64,000 nucleotides of DNA from Chloroflexota bacterium (GTDB lineage: Bacteria; Chloroflexota; Anaerolineae; DUEN01): positions 13,911 to 77,910 of the forward strand of contig JAADGJ010000010.1 in assembly GCA_013152435.1 (NCBI GenBank), read 5' to 3'. The notes beneath the pieces were generated by a model, which was given only the letters and a program-made list of their open reading frames with translations, was not told the DNA's origin and made no database searches. Of the stretch, positions 37,901 to 48,169 are shown in pieces (position 1 is the stretch's first letter; every line of letters begins with the position of its first letter). Position numbers and translations under genes: made by a program.

Positions 37901-38449
37901 GAGATCAACAACGCGAGCTGTTACGGCGGGTTGGCGCTGGCCTACTGTCGATTGGGGCTTTCGGATCGGATCCCCCAGGTGGTCGATCAGATGATCCCGC
38001 TGTTGCATCGAGCTCCCTCCGCGTTTTCGATGTTGGAGGGCTTGGCCAACTTCGGTGAGGCGTGCCTGATGCTGTCCGCTTCGGAGTCGGCGGTGAACGG
38101 TGTGGCGCTGGCAAGGCCTCTTGAGGCGCTGACTCGAGAGGCCTTGCGGGCGATGCGGCGGTTTGCTCACGTGTTCCCGATTGGCCGCCCGCGTGCCTGC
38201 TGGCTTTTGGGGAAGCACGCCTGGCGACTAGGCAGGCGTCGTCAGGCCCGGCGCTATTGGCGGCAGGGTGCCCGGGCCGCTCAGCGTCTGGGGATGCGCT
38301 ATGAGCTGGCGCGTCTGCGCTATGAACTGCACGTTCATTTCGATGAGGCGTCCCCTGAGCTTTCCTTGGCAGCGGGGGAACGACCCTCACATTCCATTCT
38401 ATCGGCTCTGAAGGCGAGTTGTAATCGTTGTGGTGGGATCACCCCGTAG
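34991..38449 (+). CDS. SARP/AfsR-family STAND regulator: N-terminal winged-helix DNA-binding + BTAD, NB-ARC-type P-loop NTPase, C-terminal TPR-like repeats (1152 aa).
   Basis: The N-terminus (FLLGTFQVLRDGESL...RALLAYLVLEADRPHSREALAALLWPD) follows the SARP pattern; a BTAD region follows. Walker A VTIVGPGGCGKT is present. The long C-terminal segment is alpha-helical repeats. It is divergent from the minus-strand cluster. Confidence 0.85.
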   Translation: MGLEIFLLGTFQVLRDGESLQGFESQRVRALLAYLVLEADRPHSREALAALLWPDASDWRARRNLSQALSNLRKVLGESGREGGYLRITPHSVQFNPQSRYVLDVTRLEALLDACERHSHRRIEGCQACQDRLERIVGLYKGPLLQGVRVRDALPFEEWLVMRRERLEIKAQTAFMRLLQIYERQGDYAAAEEVARKLLDLAPWLEEAHARLIRLLAVQGHRSQALKQYRTCCKVLARELETEPTAETQELVRRIRAGETDPSSLGFPATMCRLPTPFTPFVGREVEVQAIVDRFQRRGDRLVTIVGPGGCGKTYLAVHAARRLLCAFRDGVYFVSLASLSSAGALPSAIADVLGIPFFGERSPEQQVLAYLRERDLLLVLDNFEHLLPKVGFLEELLQTAPDVCLLITSRAPLHLQAEQVVPLGGLAYPEEGAADWEQYPAVQLFAQQARRLSPDVDPLREEPREVVRLCRLVDGMPLALLLAAAWVRTLSCGEIVARIRENLDFLQVNWPDVPPRHRSLRATFDHSWRLLSAKEREALQGVSVFQGAFDVGAASQVAGATEEVLASLVDKSLVMIVASQHYRLHEQLRQYVYEKLEAHPERLRQVLARYLAYYADLVERHLEGLEAGDPEAMAALEAGLEDIRAAWQHALALEDARILPVLTEGLTGYYRRRSRFHEVADLLRRLLEGGGGGRLDDRTRISFQRQLGEAYFKCGRMVDGERYLHDVLRALDRPMPKAAAPLVIRIGVEAARQAWHRVRMPRPAADPWRLLDAARAYERLGQCFFFRSESLPAIYTALRGLNLAERAGVSPDLARLYASMCLGLAFAPQRRLARVYARLTREMIERVTEERARAWALEVLSLYHCGVGEWGAALEAANAAVEIAKSIGDQRRMEEAMVTPALVAHYRGDLERASSMWLDLHRLAADRRDPQVQAWCGTGYAESRLLLGEDERALRWLLRAQTLLVDTLDEINNASCYGGLALAYCRLGLSDRIPQVVDQMIPLLHRAPSAFSMLEGLANFGEACLMLSASESAVNGVALARPLEALTREALRAMRRFAHVFPIGRPRACWLLGKHAWRLGRRRQARRYWRQGARAAQRLGMRYELARLRYELHVHFDEASPELSLAAGERPSHSILSALKASCNRCGGITP

Positions 38450-39147
38450 ATTTCCAGGCACGTTCTGAAAGATTGCCCGTTTGATGGATCTCCGGAAGTA
38501 GGGTAGAATAGCAAACGTGCCATCCAGTAAATGGTATTTGTTTTTTGGTGTGGGGCGTGCATATTGTCGTGTTGTTATATGGGTATGTGCTGCATAATAT
38601 ATTGTTAATCTTTGTGGGTTCGGTAGGGGAGTGGGGTAGGGGAGTAGTGTTCGAGCTAAGAGGTACTGGCGAGGGATGTCAGGCCGGGCGCCAGTGTAAT
38701 GGGGGGGATTGTGTGGAATTGTAGCGTTCGGGCGCAGGCGCCGGACCTGCACGCCAGCGCCTGGCATCGGCGCCTGAAGCTGGATCGGAACCTGAGGGCC
38801 CGCCATGCCTTGCCCTCGTCTTCTCTCTGTGGTATATTAGACTTCGTCTAAGAAAACTTATGCGAAGTAAAATCTGTGAGGAGGACGAGAGGCCTGGATG
38901 AGTACTTCTGCCCCACTGCGGCGCTGCGTGATGAATGGTACCCGCCTGGGCGCTTCAGGTCAGGGCACCGTCCGGCGCTCGACGAGCTCACATCCCCCTA
39001 CCCTGTGTGGTTGCCTGTTATCCGGCTGGAAGAAGGAGCTGGACTTGGGGGACCGAGGGATATGTCCCATTGACGTCAGGGAGCCCCCTATTTGCGGCGC
39101 TCTCTCTGCTCCGTTTTGTGTTTATGTAAACTTACGTGGAGGGTGTG

Positions 39148-40260
39148 ATGACAGTTGAGGAGGCGATCGAGCAGTATCTGGAGCATCTCAAGGCCGCTCG
39201 ATCTTTTGGCACGGCTCGCACGTACGCCACCGGCTTGCGGCACTTCTGTCGCTATCTGGAGTCCCGCTCGATGCCGCCGGCGGAGACGGCGGTGCGGGAC
39301 CTTACCCTGCCGATCGCCACCGGGTTCGTCACCTGGCTGTACGATTACCTGCTGGAGGAGGCCGGCGGGGAGCCGCAGAAGATATCGGAGGCCACGAAGG
39401 GCACCTATTTCGCCGCTGTCATTGGCTTCTTCGAGTATTTGATCATTGAGGCCCAGCTCCTTCCGATGAGCATGAACGAGTATGACACGCTGCGGAAGGT
39501 GCTCGCCCGGGCGGTCAGGCGGCAGCAGCGGGACATCCTCCCCCCAGAGAAGCTCCCCACCCGAGAGATCGTCGAGGCTTTGCTGAAGGAGGCGTACAGG
39601 CCGTTGGAACTTCCCCCAGACACGCCGCCGGGCGAGCGTCGTCGCCGGGAGCTGATCCGATTGCGGAATATCGCCATCATCGAGGCGCTGTTGAGCTCTG
39701 GTATGCGGGTGGGCGAACTGGTGCGGCTGGAACGAGGGCACCTGCTGCATCACGTGCAGGGAGCGGTGGTCAAGTACGCGAAGGGCAAGAAGGAGCGCGA
39801 GGTGCTGTTCTCCGACCGGGCCTGGCATGCCATCCAGACGTATCTGAGGGCCCGCCAGGATACGGCTCAGGCCAGGCCGCTGTCCGACCTCCCCGTCTTC
39901 GCTCGCCACGATCGACGGGCTGGTTCCCGGATCCTCCCCCTCACCACCCGGAGCGTGCAGAACATCTTCTTCGAGCTGGCCTCTCGCTCGGGCATCGTGG
40001 AGATGTTTCATCTGACGCCGCACACGCTTCGGCACTTCTTTGCTACGGAGTTTCTGAGCGAGACCGGCGATCTGGCGCTGACCCAGTATGCGCTGGGACA
40101 CTCCTCCCCTGCCACGACCCGTATCTACGCTCAGACCAAGCGTGAGGACTACCGTCGGGCGCATCGGCACGTGTTCGGCTCGAAACGTGGGATCGAGCCG
40201 GATGTGGTGGAAGCCATCGATGCGGAGGTCCCGGAAGAGGAGCGGGGGCACGATGTGTAA
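39148..40260 (+). CDS. Tyrosine recombinase / phage-type integrase (XerC/D-like).
   Basis: Catalytic residues in the expected order: GMRVGELVRL (Arg), HTLRHFFAT (H-x-x-R) and RIYAQT (Tyr). ATG 39148 has a GGAGGGTG RBS. It follows a 700-bp low-GC intergenic region. Confidence 0.85.
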   Translation: MTVEEAIEQYLEHLKAARSFGTARTYATGLRHFCRYLESRSMPPAETAVRDLTLPIATGFVTWLYDYLLEEAGGEPQKISEATKGTYFAAVIGFFEYLIIEAQLLPMSMNEYDTLRKVLARAVRRQQRDILPPEKLPTREIVEALLKEAYRPLELPPDTPPGERRRRELIRLRNIAIIEALLSSGMRVGELVRLERGHLLHHVQGAVVKYAKGKKEREVLFSDRAWHAIQTYLRARQDTAQARPLSDLPVFARHDRRAGSRILPLTTRSVQNIFFELASRSGIVEMFHLTPHTLRHFFATEFLSETGDLALTQYALGHSSPATTRIYAQTKREDYRRAHRHVFGSKRGIEPDVVEAIDAEVPEEERGHDV

Positions 40261-40284
40261 CCGCCCTCGTGCCCCCGCCGTTCG

Positions 40285-41742
<1,458 letters not shown>

Positions 41743-41801
41743 TTATCGTGCGGAGGCGATCGGCTGATCGTTCCCTGTTGTTGCCGTCTGCTCAGCGTGC
41801 G

Positions 41802-44800
41802 TTAAACCGTGTACAGTTTGACGGTCTTGATCTCGTGTGGCGTCAGATGCAGCGAGAAGCTGCCTTCCTCGATGGCGAGGTCTGCCAGAGGCCGCTCGAC
41901 CAGATCGACCTCCTCCGCCCGGGCGATCGGCCACCCGGGCTGCAGACGCACATCCGTCTCCTGGCCGTGAGCCTCATACACCCGTACGATGACGGCCTGC
42001 CCTTCCTCCGGCTGATCCTCGGCCAGCTTCACCGCCGAGACCCGAGCGTGCTCCGACTCGCAGCGCAGCCACGGTCGTCCGGGCTGCAGCGGGCCAACGT
42101 GGCCGTCGGTGACCACGACCTGGACCGGCTGGTTCAACTCGGCCGCTCGCTGATCGGTCCCCGCCTCCCGCCAGTCGCCAGGATGTGGGTACAGCGAGTA
42201 GGTGAAGCGATGAAGCCCCTCGTCCGGGTTGTTGTCCGGCTCATAGGAAGCCCGCACCAGCGTCAGGCCCAGCGTGTTGCCGTGTGCCTGGTGGCCGTAC
42301 TTGCTGTCGTTCAACAGCGAGACCCCGTAGGCGTCCTCGGAGAGATCAGCCCAGCGTAGCGCGGGCACCTCACGGCCGTCGGCCGGGCGCTCCAGCCCGG
42401 CGAAGGGGATCTCGAAGGTCGCTCGGGTGTAGCCCAGGAGGGGAGCAAAGGTAGTGCGCAACATGGGCGCATCCTGGTGGGCACTCCCCCGCTCGTGCCA
42501 CTCCACCTCCGTCTCGAAATCGATGCGACGCAGCTTGCGGTACAGCACAATACGCTGCCGCAGCGAGGAGTTCAGGAACCGGCGGCGCACCTCGACCACG
42601 CCGCATACGGGGCCTTGCTCCACGACCTGCACTTGGGCTCCCGTGATGAGGTGATCCACCCGGGTGATATCGCCAATGTTCCAGGCTGACATGGGATGTG
42701 GTTGCTCCCACAGGATCTGCAATCGATTGAGCATCCCAGCGGTCGCCTTGGCCTCCGGTCCCTGGCCGGCTCTTGGCCCGGCCAGATCCCGACCCGTCTC
42801 ATGGTCGATCAGCTGGTCCAATGCCCCGGATGCGGGGTGAACCCGGATCCGCAGGACGCCGTTATCCAGCACGTTCTCCTGCGGATCTACCTGTACGATC
42901 GTCCCCTCGTCGCCCGCCGGCTCATTCACAGGACGGTAGACTCGCACGCCCAGCGAGGGGAGCTCTTCGGCGATGAAGACGAGCTCGTCGCCGCACACCT
43001 GGACGGGGAGGTGTTGTCCCCGGTCGTCCTCGACGGCGGTTGGGGCGGTGTCGCCCAGCTCGCTGAGCGGCACCCGCACGACGTCGTCTCGTTCCCAGGC
43101 CAGTGGGTTGAAGACGACGATGCGCGGCCCATCCCCTGCTCCGGTATCCACAGCCGAGGCCAACGTTGCCAATGCGCTCGCCGTCGTCTGTCGCGCCATC
43201 TCCATCATCGGCGCCATTCGCTCCCGGGCCTCCCGGTAGGTGACGCCGATGGCGCAGCCGCAGAGGATGTCGTGGAATTGGTGGAAACAGAGCGTGCGCC
43301 AGGCCTCGGCCAGGTCGTCCAGGGGATATGAGGCGTCGGCCATGAGGGCGCCCAGGGCGGCTGTCGTCTCCGCCGTCAGCAGGACGTTCTCGCCGTCCCG
43401 GTTCATGCGCTTGATGTCGCTGTGGCTGGTGTAGCATCCCTCGAAGACAGTGTTCAGCTCGCCGCGGACCACCGGGAGCTTGGGGGACTCCGCCAGGGCC
43501 TCCTGGTAGAACGACACGGTAGAGCTGCACTGCGCTCGAGGGAGAAAAGGCGTGGCGTCGATGACCCGGGCAGCCTCGATGTCCCGTGCCGTGGCTCCTC
43601 CGCCGTGGTCCCCGGCGCCATACACGTACAGACCGTGGTGGATGTTGTAACGGCCACTGAAGTCCATGACGCTCTCCACCACGCCAGAAGCCCCCAGGAC
43701 GTCGATCATGCTGCCATAGCCGCGTGGGTCCTGTACCGCCAGCACCCGGGAGCCGTCCAATCCCTCCCACCAGAAGAGCGGGTGCCCTTTTCCCGCCCGG
43801 CAGAAGTAGTAAAACTGCACGCCGCTCTTCTTCAGGATCTGCGGGTACGTCGCCGGGTGCCCGAAGGTATCCGGTTCCCAACAGATGGGCGGCTCCACGC
43901 CGAAGCGGCTCCGGATATATCGGCGGGTGTGCAGGATCTGTCGCACCAGCGACTCCCCGGCGGCCATGTTCAGGTCCCCCTCGACCCAGGTGGTGGCCGT
44001 GATATCCCAGCGGCCCTCCTGCACCCGAGCCCGAATGCGGTCGAACACGTCAGGATAATACGTCTCCATGGCGTGATAGGTCGACGCCTGGCTCTGGGAG
44101 AAGTGGAATTCGGGATATCGATCCATGAGGTGATCGACGGCGGTGAAATCTCGGCGGCAGACCTCCACCGTCTCGGACCAGGGCCATAGCCAGTTCATGT
44201 CAATATGGCTATGCGCAATCAGGTGCGCCGTGTAGCGTTTGGCCTCGTCGGCGAAGGGGCTCAGAGCCGCCTGGGCCGCCTTCACGCTGTTCCACCATCG
44301 ATCCCAGTTGTTGCCTTTCAGCGCCTCCAGATCCAGGGCGGCCGTAGCTCGCTCCCATGCGGCCATCTTCTCCGGGGTGGCGCCATCCCCCTGCCCCGCC
44401 AGGAAGCACGTGAAGGCCATCTGCATGCGGGCCAGGTCGATCCGGAAGATGACGTCGGCGAGATTGCTGAAGCGCAGATAGGCGGCGATGAAGGCGCCGA
44501 AGCCGTCGCCGGCGTTGCAGCGCACTACCAGGGTCCAGGGTGATCCTGGCTGATAGTCCTCGGTCAGGACCAGCGGGACCGCCCGGGTATCGGACCAGGA
44601 GGGCTCTCGATACATCTCCTTGTCGTTCACGTAGATGCTGGCGCCGATGGTGAGGAAGATGATCAGTTCCAGCGAGGACCCGGCCAGAGGGATGCCTTCC
44701 ACCTCGGCCGGGAGGTTCAATGTGGCCCGGAACCATGCCTCGCCGTCGGCCGATGACCAGGTTCGGGGCAGTTTTACGGCCTCCCAGTCGCTATCATCGA

Positions 44801-44933
44801 AACCGGGCGCCTGGGCGCCTTCCGGTGCGCCGATGCGGAACCTCCACTCTCTGATGGCGGAGGCTTTCATGATGGCATCGATCTTCTCCTGGACGGCCGA
44901 GTGGATGCCGTCCGTCGACGGGAAGGGTTGCAT
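41802..44933 (-). CDS. Glycoside hydrolase family 38 alpha-mannosidase (1043 aa).
   Basis: GH38 N-terminal signature IAHSHIDMNWLWPW. Overall size and architecture match the bacterial GH38 family. Confidence 0.8.
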   Translation of the reverse strand: MQPFPSTDGIHSAVQEKIDAIMKASAIREWRFRIGAPEGAQAPGFDDSDWEAVKLPRTWSSADGEAWFRATLNLPAEVEGIPLAGSSLELIIFLTIGASIYVNDKEMYREPSWSDTRAVPLVLTEDYQPGSPWTLVVRCNAGDGFGAFIAAYLRFSNLADVIFRIDLARMQMAFTCFLAGQGDGATPEKMAAWERATAALDLEALKGNNWDRWWNSVKAAQAALSPFADEAKRYTAHLIAHSHIDMNWLWPWSETVEVCRRDFTAVDHLMDRYPEFHFSQSQASTYHAMETYYPDVFDRIRARVQEGRWDITATTWVEGDLNMAAGESLVRQILHTRRYIRSRFGVEPPICWEPDTFGHPATYPQILKKSGVQFYYFCRAGKGHPLFWWEGLDGSRVLAVQDPRGYGSMIDVLGASGVVESVMDFSGRYNIHHGLYVYGAGDHGGGATARDIEAARVIDATPFLPRAQCSSTVSFYQEALAESPKLPVVRGELNTVFEGCYTSHSDIKRMNRDGENVLLTAETTAALGALMADASYPLDDLAEAWRTLCFHQFHDILCGCAIGVTYREARERMAPMMEMARQTTASALATLASAVDTGAGDGPRIVVFNPLAWERDDVVRVPLSELGDTAPTAVEDDRGQHLPVQVCGDELVFIAEELPSLGVRVYRPVNEPAGDEGTIVQVDPQENVLDNGVLRIRVHPASGALDQLIDHETGRDLAGPRAGQGPEAKATAGMLNRLQILWEQPHPMSAWNIGDITRVDHLITGAQVQVVEQGPVCGVVEVRRRFLNSSLRQRIVLYRKLRRIDFETEVEWHERGSAHQDAPMLRTTFAPLLGYTRATFEIPFAGLERPADGREVPALRWADLSEDAYGVSLLNDSKYGHQAHGNTLGLTLVRASYEPDNNPDEGLHRFTYSLYPHPGDWREAGTDQRAAELNQPVQVVVTDGHVGPLQPGRPWLRCESEHARVSAVKLAEDQPEEGQAVIVRVYEAHGQETDVRLQPGWPIARAEEVDLVERPLADLAIEEGSFSLHLTPHEIKTVKLYTV

Positions 44934-45022
44934 CGTGTGAGCTCCTTTTCATCCAGTCTTTGGTGAGATGCCTTCGCGACATGAAAAAGGGGAGCACATC
45001 GGGCGTGCTCCCCTCTCCCCGG

Positions 45023-46288
45023 CTAGTCTACCCGATAATCCTCTAAGCGTCCCATCAGCCACACGGGCACGCGGCCCTCCAGGAGCGTCCCCTCCCCCGT
45101 GTGCTCCTCGCGTTCCACGCTGCCGCGTTCATGCAGTTGGTGTAGCAACTCCGCCTCGCTGTACGGCAGCAGGACCCGCACGGGGATCATGCTCTCCTGC
45201 AAGGCCTCCTCCACCCGGGCCAGCAGGTCGTCCAGGCCCTTTCCCTTCAAGGCGGAGATGGTCACCGCCTTGGGGAAGATCTGGAGGGCGTCAGCGACCA
45301 TCTCCGCGTCCGGCACCAGGTCGATCTTGTTCAGCGCGACGACCACCGGTTTGTCGGCCGCCCCCAGGTCCTGGAGGATCTCCTCCACTGTGGCCGCCTG
45401 TTCTAACGCCAGCTTGTGCGTTATGTCAACTATATGTACGAGTACGTCGGCCTCGGTCACCTCCTCCAGCGTGGCCCGGAAGGCGGCTACCAGCTGCGTC
45501 GGCAGCTTTTGGATGAAGCCAACGGTATCGGTGAAGAGCACCTGTCGCCCGCCCGGCAGCTCCACCCTGCGGGTCGTCGGGTCCAGCGTGGCGAAGAGCT
45601 GGTCGGCGGCCACCACGTTGGCATCGGACAGCGCGTTGAGCAGCGTCGACTTGCCCGCGTTGGTGTATCCGACGATGGCGACCACGGGAAGCCCCGCCCG
45701 GCGCCGCCGGCGCCGGTGCAGCTGACGGTGCCGCCGCACTTCCTCCAGCTCCCGGCGGAGCTGGGCGATCCGTCGGCTGATCTCCCGCCGGTCGACCTCC
45801 AACTGGGTCTCGCCGGGGCCGCGCAGCCCGACGCCGCCGATGCCACCTCGCCCGGCTGAGCCCCCTACCTGACGGGCCAGGTGGGTCCATGCCCGGGTCA
45901 GGCGGGGCAGGCGGTACTCATATTGGGCCAGCTCCACCTGAAGGGCGCCCTCCCGGGTATGAGCGTGGCGGGCGAAGATGTCCAGGATCAGCGCCGTGCG
46001 GTCGAGGATCTTGATCTCGTCACCGAAGGCCTTCTCTAGCTCCCGTTGTTGCCGTGGCGAGAGCTCGTCGTCGAAGATGACGACGTCTGCATCCAGCGCC
46101 GCACGCAGCCCGACCAGTTCCTCGACCTTGCCGGTTCCGATGAAGGTAGCCGGGTTCGGGCGATCCAGTCGTTGGGTCACCCGGCCGACGACCTCGATGC
46201 CGGCCGTGCGGGCGAGCTGTTCTAGCTCGTCCAGCGAGTCCTCTAACGGCCAGGGGGAGGGCCGGCTTGTGATCTCTACGCCCACCAA
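45023..46288 (-). CDS. hflX: GTPase HflX.
   Basis: HflX N-domain followed by G-domain motifs GYTNAGKSTLLNAL and DTVGF. The conserved N-terminal ERGLLVGV extends upstream of the first canonical start (TTG at 46288), so the true start is uncertain. Confidence 0.85.
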   Translation of the reverse strand: MVGVEITSRPSPWPLEDSLDELEQLARTAGIEVVGRVTQRLDRPNPATFIGTGKVEELVGLRAALDADVVIFDDELSPRQQRELEKAFGDEIKILDRTALILDIFARHAHTREGALQVELAQYEYRLPRLTRAWTHLARQVGGSAGRGGIGGVGLRGPGETQLEVDRREISRRIAQLRRELEEVRRHRQLHRRRRRRAGLPVVAIVGYTNAGKSTLLNALSDANVVAADQLFATLDPTTRRVELPGGRQVLFTDTVGFIQKLPTQLVAAFRATLEEVTEADVLVHIVDITHKLALEQAATVEEILQDLGAADKPVVVALNKIDLVPDAEMVADALQIFPKAVTISALKGKGLDDLLARVEEALQESMIPVRVLLPYSEAELLHQLHERGSVEREEHTGEGTLLEGRVPVWLMGRLEDYRVD

Positions 46289-46417
46289 TAGTCCACGTTC
46301 GGGCCCTTCGTCTGTGACGATCAGGTCTCTAGGGATAAGATCACCTCCTGCTGCGAGAATGCGACGAGTGGCGAAGGACGGGCGACGAATATCGAAGCGC
46401 CTTTCGCCCCGTCGCGC

Positions 46418-46648
46418 TTATGCGAGGGCTCTCTCGCCTAGAATAAGATTGGTCAACGGCAGCCCTCTCAGCTCAAGCCGGGATAGATCGACTCGCTTGC
46501 TGGCGTCCTCGATCTCGATGCCGACGATGCAGTTCTGTTCGTCGAAATCCACGACAATTCCAGGCGTGATTTCTTCCGATTCAGTGCTTGTGCCGTGCGT
46601 CAACCTGATGTACAACATGTCCGTTTCCGCATCATATTCAAATATCAT
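46418..46648 (-). CDS. DUF2283-family small protein (putative antitoxin).
   Basis: 76 aa. The pattern MIFEYDAETDMLYIRL...VVDFDEQNCIVGIEIEDAS is the characteristic DUF2283 pattern. Confidence 0.7.
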   Translation of the reverse strand: MIFEYDAETDMLYIRLTHGTSTESEEITPGIVVDFDEQNCIVGIEIEDASKRVDLSRLELRGLPLTNLILGERALA

Positions 46649-46663
46649 GTTCTCGTCCCCCGC

Positions 46664-46894
46664 TCACGGCTTGAAACGGCGATCAAAGAAGGCATTATGC
46701 ACAGTCTCTCCGTCCGCTTCCGTCACGACCCTGAGGTATTTTCCTGCCTCGGCGATGAACCCCCAGTGGCGAATACGCCCGTTCGGCTGTATCTCGGTAC
46801 GAATAGGACTTGCGAGGACTTGCTCGATCCACTCCGCCCTGAGATAGGGACGACGTGCCATGACGCTGGTTTTGAAGTATCTGGTCGTCTTCAT
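46664..46894 (-). CDS. DUF4258-family small protein (putative toxin partner of DUF2283).
   Basis: 76 aa and basic, located 15 nt upstream of the DUF2283 gene in the same orientation. This is the typical two-gene TA-like arrangement. Confidence 0.6.
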   Translation of the reverse strand: MKTTRYFKTSVMARRPYLRAEWIEQVLASPIRTEIQPNGRIRHWGFIAEAGKYLRVVTEADGETVHNAFFDRRFKP

Positions 46895-46936
46895 GGGCTG
46901 CCGGTCGCCTGTTGTGGAAGGCCGGTGAGACGGCTC

Positions 46937-48097
46937 TCATAGTTTGAATTGGCGCACGCGCTCCATCGCCTCTCGCACCCGGTCGGTGGGCGTCCCCATG
47001 GAGATGCGCAGGTAGCCCTCGCCGTGCTCACCAAAGGCCGTGCCGGGCGTCATGGAGACGCCGATCTCCTCCAGGAGCCGGGTGGCCAGCTCCGCCGATG
47101 TGTATCCCTGGGGCACCTTGGGCCATATGTAGAGGCTTGCCTTGGGCGCCTCGGCCGCCAGGCCCACCTCGTTCAGCGCCTGCACGATGATGTCCCGTCG
47201 CTCCTGATAGACGGCGTTGCGCTCCTCCAGCCAGCTCTGATCCCCGGTCATGGCGGCGATGGCCGCCTCCTGAATGCCCAGAAAGATGCCGGAGTCGATA
47301 TTGCTCTTGATCCGGCCCAGCGCTTCCACTGCAATAGGATTGCCGACCGCCATGCCGACGCGCCACCCGGCCATGTTGTGTGACTTGGACAGGGAGTTGA
47401 ACTCCAGAACCACATCCTTGGCGTCGGGAATCTGCAGGATGGAAGGAGCCACGTAGCCGTCGAAGCACACGTCGCAATACGGCGCATCGTGACAGAGCAG
47501 GATGTCGTGCTGACGGCAGAATGCCACGGCCTCCTCCAGGAATTCCATCGGGGCGATGGCCCCCGTCGGGTTGTTGGGGTAGTTCAGCCACATCATCCGA
47601 GCGCGATCGGCCACATCCGCCGGGATAGCCTTCAGATCGGGAAGGAAGTTGTTCTCCTCCAACAGAGGCATAAAGTACACCTCTGCCCCCACCATGCGCG
47701 GCCCCATGCGGTAGGTGGGATATCCTGGATCGGGCACGAGCACCAGATCGCCGGGATCCAGCCAGGCCAGCGCCATATTGGCGATCCCCTCTTTCGACCC
47801 GATGAGGGCGACGACCTCCTTAGCCGGATCCACGCTTACGCCAAAGCGGGCGGCGTAATAGTCGGCTACCGCCTTGCGGAAGGCGGGCGTGCCGCCGAAG
47901 CCGGGATATCCGTGCTTACCTGGATCGCGAGCGGCGCGCTCCAATGCCTCGATGATGTGGGGCGCCGGGGGCAGATCCGGGCTACCCATATCCAGCCGGA
48001 TGACGTCCATCCCCTGGCTGCGCAGCTCGTTGATGCGAGCCGCCAGCTTGGCGAATACGTAAGGCGGAAGTGCGTTCATTCTCTGGGCTGGTCGCAT
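46937..48097 (-). CDS. Class I PLP-dependent aminotransferase (LL-diaminopimelate/aspartate aminotransferase-like).
   Basis: Motifs NYPNNPTG and SLSKSHNMAGWRVG (the PLP-lysine region). 386 aa. Confidence 0.8.
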   Translation of the reverse strand: MRPAQRMNALPPYVFAKLAARINELRSQGMDVIRLDMGSPDLPPAPHIIEALERAARDPGKHGYPGFGGTPAFRKAVADYYAARFGVSVDPAKEVVALIGSKEGIANMALAWLDPGDLVLVPDPGYPTYRMGPRMVGAEVYFMPLLEENNFLPDLKAIPADVADRARMMWLNYPNNPTGAIAPMEFLEEAVAFCRQHDILLCHDAPYCDVCFDGYVAPSILQIPDAKDVVLEFNSLSKSHNMAGWRVGMAVGNPIAVEALGRIKSNIDSGIFLGIQEAAIAAMTGDQSWLEERNAVYQERRDIIVQALNEVGLAAEAPKASLYIWPKVPQGYTSAELATRLLEEIGVSMTPGTAFGEHGEGYLRISMGTPTDRVREAMERVRQFKL

Positions 48098-48169
48098 GAC
48101 AATTCCTCCTCTTTTTCGGAAACCGAGTCGTAATCTACTGTGTTGCGATGTGGGGGTAAATCTATCTCG

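Noticed and set aside
38450-39147. tRNA gene or attachment site next to the integrase
   Set aside because: No cloverleaf-compatible sequence was found; there is only a weak GTTCGAG T-loop-like string at 38650. I could not identify integrase-flanking direct repeats by eye, so I report the region as a compositional anomaly only.
38898-39158. 86-aa Cys-rich ORF (and 38876..39073) in the low-GC intergenic region
   Set aside because: Third-position GC is far below that of the surrounding real genes. It overlaps the integrase start and has no domain features. It is most likely a chance ORF in AT-rich spacer DNA.
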